Of a stretch of DNA of 64,000 nucleotides, positions 21,601 through 32,895 are shown one piece after another (the stretch's first letter is position 1; every line of letters begins with the position of its first letter). The stretch covers positions 682,001 through 746,000 of the forward strand of contig CP060760.1 in the NCBI GenBank assembly GCA_023205875.1, written 5' to 3'. The notes below the pieces were generated by a model, which did no database searches, was not told the DNA's origin, and saw nothing but the letters and a program-made list of their open reading frames with translations. Both the position numbers and the translations under genes were made by a program. Source of the DNA: Chloropicon primus. Taxonomy: Eukaryota.

Positions 21601-22360
21601 GACCCCTCTCTCTCTCCAAGTCCCCGTTTCCCTCTATCCTCTGTCTGGTCCGCTCTGTGTAGGTTTCACTTGTCTCTCTTCCTCATGTCTTTTCCTCGCT
21701 TGCTCTTGCGTCCGTCTCTTGCGTCGTGTATCCTTGGTTCTGCGCTCTCTCGATCCACACACACACTTCACCCGCCTCCACTCTCTGTCACTGCGGCGGA
21801 AGAAACCAAGACCACCGAGTTGAAAGAGACAAGCAGCCCGACAGCCTGGCAAAGCTTCACAAACCAACACGTGAAGTGGAGGAAAAGTGAACAAAAACTT
21901 AAGAGTACACGACAGGAACACACAGGAGACGGGAGAGACGACGCAGCTTTGAGAAATACGAGAAAAGATATAATAGACACATATATCCACGAGAAAAGAT
22001 AAGATACGATACATCGGGACGAACCGACGTCGGGGAGTCGGGGCAGGCATGAGTCATGGGGTGTCATGTTCATGTCATGTCATGAGGGGGACGTGACCTG
22101 ACGAGGAACGGAGTGGTTGGATCAAGAGCGCCTGGATGCGATGATCTGTTTCAATCACCTTCCTCTTCTTGGAAACGAGGACACCCACCTCACCTCACCT
22201 CACGTCACCTCGCCTGGAGGTCAATCATCAAATCAGTTTGTGTGATTTCCCAAGATCCTCCCATCTTGATCAAAAGGAAAGGTAGAAAGGACAGAACAGG
22301 AGGGCAGAGGGGTGGTGGTGGTGATGCGCAGGGAAGGGCACCTTGACGTCCACTGCGATC

Positions 22361-24709
22361 ATGGGGCGGGGGAATGGACACGCGATCGCTCTCGCGGTGT
22401 CCCTCGTCCTCAAGCTGGTCCTGGCGGCGGCAGCGAGTTCGGTCGCACCGGAAAGCGGCGGCTTCTTGCTATGGGGTTTGCCACTGACCCGGAGCGAGGC
22501 TCGAGGCCAGGGAGGGGCGACTAGGGTGGCGATCGTGGCAAGCGAGTTCTCGGGGATCGTGCCGAACGGCGGGGTGGGCACTTTCTACACCGCACTGGCC
22601 CAGGAGCTTGCCGCTTCTGGCAGCGAAGTGACTCTTCTCTACACTCAAGGGACGCGGTCCCACAGCGCTGTGGGAGGATTCGAGTACTGGAAGGACTGGT
22701 ACAAAGGCTTTGACGTTGACCTCGTCCCGGTTCACTTCTCCCCGCATCACGGGTCGTCCTACCACGCCAGCGTTTCGTACGAGGCTTACGTGACGCTGAG
22801 AGACTTGCACGCCTCGGCACCGTTTGACGTGGTTCATTTTCCTGACTGGCAGGGCCACGGTTACTATGCGCTCCTGGCCAAACACCTGGGCATGGCCTTC
22901 GAGGGCACCACCCTTTGCGTCATGACCCACGGCCCCCTCCGGTGGGCACGCCTTGGCAACGGAGAGAAGCTCTACGACCCCTCTGACATCGAAGTGGACT
23001 TCCTAGAGAGGCAGACCATAAGACTAGCGGATGTTCTCGTCAGTCCGAGCGAGTACCTCATAAAGTGGATCAAGGGCCAAGGGTGGCAGGTTCCTGACGG
23101 GGCGGTTCACATCCAGCCCTACCTCACGCCCGACACCACGGGGGGAGGCGAAAACCTTGCGGAAAAGCCGAGGTCCTCACCACTGGGCGAGGGCCAAGCT
23201 CCTGCTGTAGAGGAGATCGTATTCTTCGGTCGGTGGGAGAGGAGGAAGGGCGTCAAAACATTCTGCGACGCGGTTGGGGGCCTCGTGAGCGATTTGGTGG
23301 CGCAAGGCAGCTCGGGGCCGAGGTTCAGCGTCACCTTCATGGGAAGCGACAGGGGGACCATCGATGGCATGAGCAGCAGGGACTACGTCATCAGGTGTGT
23401 GCAGGCTTGGGAGGAAAAAGTCGTTCAGGGCTCGACCTCCCCAATCAAAAGCGTTTCTCTGAAGAGCAGCCTCAACAGCCACCAGGCTCACGCTTATCTC
23501 AAGGACGCAAAGTGCGTGGCGGTGCTGCCCTCTCTCTTTGAGAACTCGCCGCTAAGCATCTTCGAGCTCATCAGCATGAGAGTCCCTTTCATCGCCAGCA
23601 GTGCCGGCGGGATCCCAGAACTCATTCACCCCTCCTCGCGGGGCAGGGCGATCTTTGATGCGGGTTCGGACCAGCAGCTGAAACAGAAGCTGTCGAACGC
23701 ACTGACTGCTCCCGCTGAAAGCCTCGTGGTGGAAGGCATGTACAACCCGGGCGAAGTGCAGCGGCAGTGGATACGGTGGCACCACAACGTCCAAGCTGCC
23801 AAGGAGTGCGAACCGGAACAGATTCTGGACCTGCGCGTGGGGGATGACACGATGGAGGTGGATTTGGCCCAGTCGGTCACTTCGAACAGGACAGGGGGGT
23901 CCCTCTCCCTTTGCGTGGTTCTCGACGGAAATGAGCACACCAGCGGGGCCACTTTGCGTGCGCTGGCGGCACAGGAGTCGAGGGAGATCGAAATTTTGCT
24001 CTGGGAGAGCGGGGGCTCGGGCGAAGAGTACCTCCGAGCGCACGGGTTCGAGGCCATCAGGAGACTTGGCCAGGGGGATCACAGCCTCGGAAGCAACTTT
24101 TTGGCTGAGGCGCAAAACCTGTGCGTGAAAGAGGCGGGAGGCAGCCACATCTCGTTCCTTCGCTCTGGGCAAATCTTGATGCGCGGTGCTTTGGGGGAGC
24201 TCTGGAGTGCAGCGCTGAAAAAGAAACTGGACATCGCTACGAGCTTCATGTCGCTCTACAAGGTGTCCTCGCTCCCTGTGCTCGAAACGTTTGACCAATA
24301 CGACGGGGACGCCCTCACGCTCCACGTGGCCGGAATGAGGACCTTTCCTCACGTCTACTTGGGCCAAGCCGTTCTCCCAGGCTTGTACCAAAACGTTTAC
24401 GGTGGCCCAGTGATGGTGGTGAGGAGGGCCGCGTTCGACCAGGTTGGAGGGTTTCCCTCTGATTTCGTCGACGGGTATTCCGTCTGGGAGTTCTACTGCA
24501 GGGCGGCATCCTTCGGTTTGTCCATGGAGGTCCTTCCCAGGGGCCTGTACCTCAGCCCGGTGAAAGACGGTTACGCGAGGAGGAGGGGCGACGAAGGCGT
24601 CGTCGGGCGAATTCTCAGAAGGCACCTGGAAGAGCTACCGCAGCAGACTCGCGCAGACGTGCTGAGCATGAAGCCGGAGACCATCAAGCTGATTGCCGAC
24701 CTGGCTTGA
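22361..24709 (+). CDS. Glycosyltransferase with signal peptide: GT4 (GT-B) domain fused to a GT2-like (GT-A) domain
   Basis: Hydrophobic N-terminus; NGGVGT, FDVVHFPDWQGHGY, FFGRWERRKG and the EX7E motif ENSPLSIFE of GT4; C-terminal NVYGG..VVRRAAFDQVGGF...WEFYCRA of GT2 type. Confidence 0.85.
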   Translation: MGRGNGHAIALAVSLVLKLVLAAAASSVAPESGGFLLWGLPLTRSEARGQGGATRVAIVASEFSGIVPNGGVGTFYTALAQELAASGSEVTLLYTQGTRSHSAVGGFEYWKDWYKGFDVDLVPVHFSPHHGSSYHASVSYEAYVTLRDLHASAPFDVVHFPDWQGHGYYALLAKHLGMAFEGTTLCVMTHGPLRWARLGNGEKLYDPSDIEVDFLERQTIRLADVLVSPSEYLIKWIKGQGWQVPDGAVHIQPYLTPDTTGGGENLAEKPRSSPLGEGQAPAVEEIVFFGRWERRKGVKTFCDAVGGLVSDLVAQGSSGPRFSVTFMGSDRGTIDGMSSRDYVIRCVQAWEEKVVQGSTSPIKSVSLKSSLNSHQAHAYLKDAKCVAVLPSLFENSPLSIFELISMRVPFIASSAGGIPELIHPSSRGRAIFDAGSDQQLKQKLSNALTAPAESLVVEGMYNPGEVQRQWIRWHHNVQAAKECEPEQILDLRVGDDTMEVDLAQSVTSNRTGGSLSLCVVLDGNEHTSGATLRALAAQESREIEILLWESGGSGEEYLRAHGFEAIRRLGQGDHSLGSNFLAEAQNLCVKEAGGSHISFLRSGQILMRGALGELWSAALKKKLDIATSFMSLYKVSSLPVLETFDQYDGDALTLHVAGMRTFPHVYLGQAVLPGLYQNVYGGPVMVVRRAAFDQVGGFPSDFVDGYSVWEFYCRAASFGLSMEVLPRGLYLSPVKDGYARRRGDEGVVGRILRRHLEELPQQTRADVLSMKPETIKLIADLA

Positions 24710-24861
24710 GAGATTCATTGACGAAGGGGGACGTTTCATGTTATTTTGTTTTGTTTCTCGAGGTTGTATTCTAGGCAGCGGTGCTTCGTTTCCTTGAAAG
24801 AGGCGGCAGCGTTTATTGCATTTATTTGTATGCTCTTTGCGACCCCTGGCGACGCGCGCGC

Positions 24862-26038
<1,177 letters not shown>

Positions 26039-26376
26039 GGTAATTGGATGGATGAGATCAGGCGCTTCGACGGGGAGCGTGACAACTTTGGAGCCACAGG
26101 TCCTGACGCATTGAGAGGGGAGAGGGGAGGAGGGGAGGAGGGGAGCGGTGGAAGCCCCGGTGGGCAAGGGAAGGAGTGATGCGTTTGGATGTGGGATGAT
26201 GTTACGCACTCGCCTCTTCCTCGATCGGAAGAGCCCTCGCTTGAAGGAGGGCCTTAGGGATGGAATGGGTTGGACGTAGAGAGACTGGACTGGACTGGAC
26301 TGGAACCAACCACGACCACATCGTCAAAGGAAAGGGAATGATGGTTTTTTATAAAGTCGTATTCGTGCTCATTAAT

Positions 26377-28129
26377 TCAATTCAGGAGATCGGCAAAGAG
26401 ATCTTTGCTCGGGGTGCTCTCCTTGCTCGTCGCCGAAGCTTGCTGCGGTGGTGGTGGTGGAGTGGACTGTTGTTGAACAAAGGATGGTTGAGCTTGCATC
26501 ATGGGCTGCTGAGGCATCATGCCGCCATTGAATCCCTGGGGAGCCTGCATCATCATCTGCTGAGGCATCATGCCGGGTTGCTGCTGCATCATCATCTGTG
26601 GAGGCATCATGCCGGGCTGCTGCATCATGCCGGGCTGCATGCCAGGCTGCTGCTGCATCATCATCTGTGGAGGCATCATGCCAGGCTGCTGCTGCATCAT
26701 CATCTGTGGAGGCATCATGCCAGGCTGCTGCTGCATCATGGGTTGGTGGTGCTGCTGCGGCGGCGGCATCGCCATGCCCCCGAAACCTTGCTGCTGCTGT
26801 GGAGGGAACATGTTCTGCGCGGCGGGCTGAGCCGGTTGGGTCATCGCTGGGGCGGCCGAAGGCATCTGCTGCTGGAAGGCCATGGCAGGCGCCGGTGCGC
26901 TGTTGAATGCCGCCTCCACCGCGGACTTGTTCTGTGCAAACGGGTCCTCGGCCATCGGAGGGGGGGCTGCAGCAGCTGGGGGCGCACTCGTGAAGTCCGC
27001 GAAGCCTTGGTTGGGATCGTTTGAGCCCTGGCCAAACGCATCGAAGGAATTGTCAACCCCAGGCCCGCCGGAGCCGGCCACCGGCTGAGAGGGCGCGGCC
27101 GCCGGCACTTCCAAGCCGCCCAATAAGTCTATGTTGCTCTTGCCTCCGGCTGGGGCCGCTTGCGCCCCACCCTGGGAGGTCGCGCCCGTAGAAAAATCTG
27201 CCCACACCTCCCCCGCTCCTTGGGAGGGGACAGGAGCTGCCTGTGGCGTTGGGGCAGGCGCAGCAGGCGAACCAGCGTAGTTCGCAAACGTTGCTGAGAT
27301 CTTTGAGTTGACCTTTGTTTGGGACAGAGTCATCTTTCCGCTCTGGGCGCTCCCCGCGTTCAAGTTGGAAGAAATGTTCACCTTCACCGGCGCCTCCAAT
27401 GCAGCGGAGGACGAGGCGGTGGAGGGAGCAGGGGACGACTGCTGTTCGTAGCCGTTGTTGTTGTTGTTGTTGTTGTTGCCATACTGGGACTTGTAACCCG
27501 TCGGAGAATTCTTGTAGTAGTCTTGAGTATCCCTCGAGAATCCTTTGGCGAGCTTCCTGGTGGCCGTTTTAGCTTTCAGGCGCTCGTCGTTCAGCGCGTC
27601 GCCGTCCTGCAAGAGCTTGATGAGCGTCTCGGCCCTCGTTCTCACGTTGATGCCCTAAAGATTTCGAGACGAGCAGGGAGGTGGGAAAGGACAAGCAGAG
27701 TCAGCACGCTGCGACACGCGAATCCTTTCCCGGGGTGGGAGGGAGGAGGACGAGAGGTTGCACACTTACCTGGTCCCTGCCGTCCGGCGACTTGTACTGA
27801 AAGTACTTCAGCTTCCGCAATAAGTTGTTCTCGTCCTTGATGTGTTCGACCACGAACCGAGGGCAGTGCTTTATCATGTACTCAATCACGAGAAGGGCCT
27901 TGTAGACTTGGCGCCAGTTCTCTCCTTGAATGGCGAGCCTCTTCTTCAGGATCGTGAACACTTGGCCGAAAGCTTCGTGGTTGATGCAAGCGGACGCTAT
28001 TTCGTACATCGCAGTCCCGTGCGGCCCCCACGGATCCGTGTTGGTGGCCTCCAACACCTTCATCTCCAGATCGGACAGGTTGTAGGCCACCTGCTTGAGG
28101 TTTTTCGCCAGGCTGCTCAAGATAGGCAT
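26377..28129 (-). CDS. Epsin/ENTH-domain clathrin adaptor, 2 exons (28129-27770, 27654-26377)
   Basis: ENTH motifs KVLEATNTDPWGPHG and NWRQVYKALLVIEY; GRDQ|GINVR joined across a GTAAGT...TTTAG intron; low-complexity tail with WADF, FADF, DPF and DLFADL motifs. Confidence 0.92.
26545..26740 (-). repeat. Coding minisatellite, 39-bp unit encoding MMMQQQPGMMPPQ, in the epsin tail
   Basis: Several near-identical catcatcatctgtggaggcatcatgcc...ggctgctgctg units. Confidence 0.85.
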
Positions 28130-28392
28130 CTTGTCCTTCCAAAATCAAAACTACTCCACGTCTTCGTCTTCTCTCTGGCCCTCCTTTCAAGAAGCGTCCG
28201 TCCTTTGACTTTCAGTACGCAACCATCCAAGACCCAGCCACCCCCCCTCTGCGTCTCTCTCGCACACCAATTCTCCTCCTCGAACCTCACAAGTCGCGAT
28301 GCCGACGACGACTTTCTCTCCCTCTCTCTCTCCTCTCCTCCTGGCCCTAAGTCGTCAAGTTCTCCAAGGTCTAATCTTGGGTGTACCGCGCG

Positions 28393-28420
28393 CTAAACCC
28401 TAAACCCTAAACCCTAAAAC

Positions 28421-28421
<1 letters not shown>
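28393..28421 (+). repeat. Interstitial plant-type telomeric repeat / telo-box cluster (CCCTAAA, about 3.5 copies) followed by a (GA)n microsatellite
   Basis: ctaaaccctaaaccctaaaccctaaaacc in the divergent epsin/COX17 promoter region. Confidence 0.85.
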
Positions 28422-28451
<30 letters not shown>

Positions 28452-28613
28452 CGAAGGCGATCAAGCAGGAGGGAGGGGACGAGAGCGAGGGAGAGGGAGA
28501 GGGAGAGGGGAGAGGGGAGGACGAAGAAGGGGGTGGACCATCTCAAGGGCTTTCCATTGCTGGGTCGCTTGAAGGAAACGGCGGGGGGACGGGGAAGAGC
28601 GGGAGCAGACGGG

Positions 28614-28949
28614 ATGGGAGAGAAGGGAGACAAACCAAAGAAGAAGATATGCTGTGCATGTCCGGAGACCAAGGTAAGAGGTGCGGTGGGGCACGATCGG
28701 GCGATTGGAACCTTGCTTGCGGCGACGAAATTCGGCACGGGATCCCTTCTCGCCTCGTTTTGCCGGTGGTCGCCCGCAACGAACACACCGTTGGAACTCA
28801 CTCACGCGCTGTTTCGTTCTCTTCTGCCGCTCTCTCAGGGGCCTCGCGACACGTGCATAGCGGAGAAGGGACCGGAGCACGAGGACTGCTTGAAGCTCAT
28901 CGAAGCTCACAAGAAGTGCCTGAGGGCCGAAGGATTCAAAATCGATTAA
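28614..28949 (+). CDS. COX17: Mitochondrial copper chaperone COX17, 2 exons (28614-28673, 28839-28949)
   Basis: [47 protein letters not shown]: CCxC copper site plus twin CX9C; GTAAGA...TCTCAG intron of 165 nt. Confidence 0.95.
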   Translation: MGEKGDKPKKKICCACPETKVRGAVGHDRAIGTLLAATKFGTGSLLASFCRWSPATNTPLELTHALFRSLLPLSQGPRDTCIAEKGPEHEDCLKLIEAHKKCLRAEGFKID

Positions 28950-29076
28950 GTCTTCGAGTTGAGGGGACCTGACTGCTGTGCAGGGCGTCGGGTGGTGGTG
29001 ACGCAAGTGGCCCTGGCGTGTCGCGCGGTCACAACAGAATGCGAGTACAATATGATTACAAATTTTTTATTTTTAT

Positions 29077-32000
29077 TTACATAAGGGTACAGTTGCAGCC
29101 CCGTCGCCCTGCTGAGCCGCTACCTTCCTCCGCGAAAGCCGCTCTGGCCTGCATGATCTGCGTCGCGGGGACCCCGTCCACGACCGTTCCCGGGGAGAAC
29201 CCCTGATAGATCGCCTCCCCAGCCTCGTCGTCGTCGCTCTCGCCGTCGTCGTACTCGTCGTCGTCGTACTCCTGCTCGCTCCCGTCGGAGGGACTGGTAG
29301 AAAACATTGCAGACTTGGCCCCACCCTGAAGAGGCCCGGTGCCATCTCCAGGGACTCCGTCGGGAAACAACTCGAACTTGATCCTGTCCAGCTCGTCCAC
29401 AATCATGGCCTGGTCCGCGATGCTCTTGCTGTAAACATTGATGCGTATCGCACCGTTCTCAAAATAGCTCAGGACCTCCTTTCCGACGGCGGGGAAGGTG
29501 TGGTCCTGGCGATACTCATGGAAGCAGCACATCGAATCGCTGATCAGGCCGATGTCGAACCGGTTCGTCTTTTGCACGGGGGGCCAGTCCTCAGCAGCGT
29601 CGCCGGGACCCGCGTCGAGATCCGGGTCTTGGTCTCGGGGCGGGGCCCCACTCTGCCCCTGCGCAGGTTCTTCGGCGTGGAGCATCCTGTAGTCTGCAAA
29701 GAGGTTGAGGCCTTGGAGATCCTCCGAAGCGGCTTCGAAACTGTCACTCTCCAACTTCACCCTCAGGGTATTCCCGAGAAGTGCGGTCCCGTTGGAGTCG
29801 AGAATTTCCATATCCAGCTCGCGATTGGACTCGTCCACCAGCCCCGTCGGCACGATCCTCACGGACAGGTCCCCGCACTTGTTTCCGTACTCGTCCAGAA
29901 TGCGGGCTTTGCCGTCCGTCTCCATGAGGTAGAGCAAGGGTTTGAGATAAACGTAGGAAGCGCCGACGAACTTGTCCATCGGCAGACCCTCCAATATGGA
30001 CTCGTGAAGCTGTAACGTGCTGTCCTCGTCCTTGTCTTGCGAGCTCGCCGTGTACATCTGCTCGATGATCGACGCCTTCTCCTCAAAATCGAGCTTCCTA
30101 TACACTCCAACATTGTTTCCTTCGTAGAAGGCGTCGATCAGTATCGCATGCTCCTCCTCTCCATCACCCGGCACGGGCGTCGTTTGAAGTTCCCCGTGGT
30201 CCGGGAGAGCAGAGGCCAAGCGCAGCTTGAAGCTCACGCTGTCGTTCACTTCCTTGACTAAACCGTTCGTGGAGTCGACGAGGAGAATGGAATCCGTGAG
30301 CTCCTGCAAAAAGTCCTCGGACAGCTCCTTCTCGGGATCAGGTTCCACCTCGGGCTTGGGCTCTGCAGCTGAAGCGGTGATGACGCTGCCCACGACGTCT
30401 CCCAAGATGCTCTCAGCGAGATCGCGCGGCCGATCCGAGCCACCTTGAGGGAGAACCCGTTCCGCTGCCGCCACCTCCTCAAACGTGGATTGCAAATTCT
30501 CCTTGACGTTTTTTTTCAGAGCGTTTGTCTCCTGGTGTCGAATGCCGTGCCAATCCTCCATGGCCTTGAGGCTCATCTCCACGAAGGTGCTCAGGTCCTC
30601 CTCGCCAAGCTTCCCATCGGCACCCTTGGCATCCAAGGACTCCTTGATCGCCCGCATCGTTGACTGGATGTCCAACACGAGCTTAGATTTGGCCTCTTGC
30701 GCAGAGTGCCACGTCCTCTTCTTCGGCGTCCTCATCTCCGGAAAGGCCTTCTTCAGCGTTTTGCTGCTGTTCAGGACGCTGGTGTCATCGCAGGACGTGA
30801 GCAACTCGTCCTGAATCATTTGGTGCTGCTCCTTGAGGCGCTCGAATTGGTTCACGAGGGAATCCATTTCTGTCCTCTCCTTGATGCTTTCCTGCAACTC
30901 GATCAGGGACTTGCATTGTTTCTCCAAGGCTATCTCGATCTGCGCGTTGCTCTCGTCGAGCTTCCTCTCGAACATGTCTCGATATTTCTTCTCCAACTCC
31001 TTCTCCTTCGCCTCCAGCAGGGAATCCATCTGCGTTTTGCTGTATTCCCTGAAGGCGAAGTTCCAGTCGATCGCCACGCCCTCGGCCGTGTCGCGGGAAG
31101 GATTTACGCTCTCGACTCCCAGGGCCACGCAATTCACGCGAAAGGCCGAGTAGGAGCCAAAGATGACTCTGGCGTTGTGGAAAATCTTCGTCTCCCCCGA
31201 GCCCTCCAGCTTCTTTCCATTGACGTGGACGACCGCAGCAGTCTCCTCTTCGGCGCAGCAAGCGCGCAGACCGAGGGAGACGGATCCATCCGCACCTGGG
31301 TAACACCCCAGTATGGCGTGACTCGGCTGTATTCCAATGCCAGAGAGAATGAAGTGGGGCCCATCTCCATCGCATTTGCTGCCAATCCGCGTCTCGCCCG
31401 GACCAATGTGAAACACGAGCTGGCCGGACAGCATGGGATCCGCATTCAAATTCACGAGGCTTGCGCTCCAGGACGCTGCCCCGTTGCTCTGCTCCTCCCC
31501 CGGGATGTTCAACAACGCTTGCTGGCTCGCAGCATCGTTCTTGTTGGCCTGCACCAGGCCCATGGCCTTCATGTTTCTCTTTGCGATCTGAAGCTGCGCG
31601 AGCGTGGCCTGGTGGCGATCCTCCCAGGTGTTCGAGAGGTCCGCGACGATCTTTTGGCTCTGCAGGACCTGGTCGGCCAAGGCGGAGCCTTGGCTTCCGG
31701 GCGGGGCATCGCCGCCGCTCGCCCGCAGGGCCTCCTTGAGAAGTTTGATCTCCTCGCGCAGCTCCATCACGAGCTTCTTGGTCGGATCGATGTTCACCTC
31801 CGCCTTGTTGACGATCTTCTTCGTTCTGCTTGCAAACCGCAACGTGCTCAGGGTCTCCTCGAGGTTCTTCCGCGAGGGTGAGATCGTCGCAAGCATCCCC
31901 GTCCGAGAGTTCCCGCCCAGCGACTCCCTCAAGATGAGCGTCAACGTGCTTTCCCTGTACGGCACGTAGAGCCTGTCCCTCTTCGCCGTCCCGCCACCCG

Positions 32001-32895
32001 ACGCCATGTCCGCGAGAGCTGAGATGCATTTCCCCAAAGCGCTCAGAGACTTGTTGATGGATGCCCCTTCCCGCAGCCTCTCCCCGCTTGCCCCCGTCTT
32101 GCTGGTCCTCTCGCTGCCAGCCAAATCGACCAAGTTCACTTTGCTTACGATCTCCACCTCTTCGTTCCCCTTGACCTTCTTCTGACTCAAGTTGATGGTG
32201 AAGACCGTGTGGGCCCTGCTGCTTGTCGCGTTCATGTTCGTAGCGTGAATTGTTCTCGCCTTGGACCCGAGCTCGATCAGCCTCAGGGCCTCGGTGATTG
32301 ATGCGGCCCCCAAAAGGCTCAGGTTCTCCACGTACGCTCCCGTCTTTGGGTGGATACGAACCTTCAGGCTCTGCGAGTGGTGCCTGCCGTTGGTGCTCCG
32401 CAGCACGCCCGGGTCCAGGAGGTCGTAAACCCTTTCGTTGTAGATCTCAATCATGGATACGTCGACTGTCCTCCCACCTGCAGCCTCTTGGTCCCCCCCC
32501 GACCGCTCGAACAACCGGTGCAGCAGCCTGGGCAACAACCCTTTGTGCTCGGCGTCCGCGTCGCTGCCCACCATCGAATAGCTCTTGCCAGAGCCAGTCT
32601 GACCGTAAGCGAAGATGCAAGCGTTGTAGCCATCGAGGGCGCTGTCCACCAGCGTCGCGCCAAAGCCCTCGAAGACGTCCTGCTGGGTCGCATAGGAAGG
32701 GTGGCCCTCGTCGAGGCTCCAAAATACCTTGTCGAAGGCGAATTCCTTGGCACTGGCCTCGCTTCCACCCGCCCCACCCCGCACCAGGACCTTGTTCCCC
32801 TCGCATTCCACGCAAACATCGCTCCCGCCCTCCCTCTCCCTTTGGTTCAGTGGCCTGCACCTCACCACCACCTGGATGTTGTTGCCCTCCTTCAT
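29077..32895 (-). CDS. Kinesin-3 family motor (KIF1/KIF13/KIF28-like) with FHA domain and C-terminal CaaX box
   Basis: Motor motifs FAYGQTGSGKSYSM, NATSSRAH, LVDLAGSER; kinesin-3 FHA region LVNLNADPMLSG..L...GETRIG...GIGIQPSHA...VNGK..HNARVIFG and IDWNFA; ends GCNCTLM*. Confidence 0.9.
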   Translation of the reverse strand: MKEGNNIQVVVRCRPLNQREREGGSDVCVECEGNKVLVRGGAGGSEASAKEFAFDKVFWSLDEGHPSYATQQDVFEGFGATLVDSALDGYNACIFAYGQTGSGKSYSMVGSDADAEHKGLLPRLLHRLFERSGGDQEAAGGRTVDVSMIEIYNERVYDLLDPGVLRSTNGRHHSQSLKVRIHPKTGAYVENLSLLGAASITEALRLIELGSKARTIHATNMNATSSRAHTVFTINLSQKKVKGNEEVEIVSKVNLVDLAGSERTSKTGASGERLREGASINKSLSALGKCISALADMASGGGTAKRDRLYVPYRESTLTLILRESLGGNSRTGMLATISPSRKNLEETLSTLRFASRTKKIVNKAEVNIDPTKKLVMELREEIKLLKEALRASGGDAPPGSQGSALADQVLQSQKIVADLSNTWEDRHQATLAQLQIAKRNMKAMGLVQANKNDAASQQALLNIPGEEQSNGAASWSASLVNLNADPMLSGQLVFHIGPGETRIGSKCDGDGPHFILSGIGIQPSHAILGCYPGADGSVSLGLRACCAEEETAAVVHVNGKKLEGSGETKIFHNARVIFGSYSAFRVNCVALGVESVNPSRDTAEGVAIDWNFAFREYSKTQMDSLLEAKEKELEKKYRDMFERKLDESNAQIEIALEKQCKSLIELQESIKERTEMDSLVNQFERLKEQHQMIQDELLTSCDDTSVLNSSKTLKKAFPEMRTPKKRTWHSAQEAKSKLVLDIQSTMRAIKESLDAKGADGKLGEEDLSTFVEMSLKAMEDWHGIRHQETNALKKNVKENLQSTFEEVAAAERVLPQGGSDRPRDLAESILGDVVGSVITASAAEPKPEVEPDPEKELSEDFLQELTDSILLVDSTNGLVKEVNDSVSFKLRLASALPDHGELQTTPVPGDGEEEHAILIDAFYEGNNVGVYRKLDFEEKASIIEQMYTASSQDKDEDSTLQLHESILEGLPMDKFVGASYVYLKPLLYLMETDGKARILDEYGNKCGDLSVRIVPTGLVDESNRELDMEILDSNGTALLGNTLRVKLESDSFEAASEDLQGLNLFADYRMLHAEEPAQGQSGAPPRDQDPDLDAGPGDAAEDWPPVQKTNRFDIGLISDSMCCFHEYRQDHTFPAVGKEVLSYFENGAIRINVYSKSIADQAMIVDELDRIKFELFPDGVPGDGTGPLQGGAKSAMFSTSPSDGSEQEYDDDEYDDGESDDDEAGEAIYQGFSPGTVVDGVPATQIMQARAAFAEEGSGSAGRRGCNCTLM

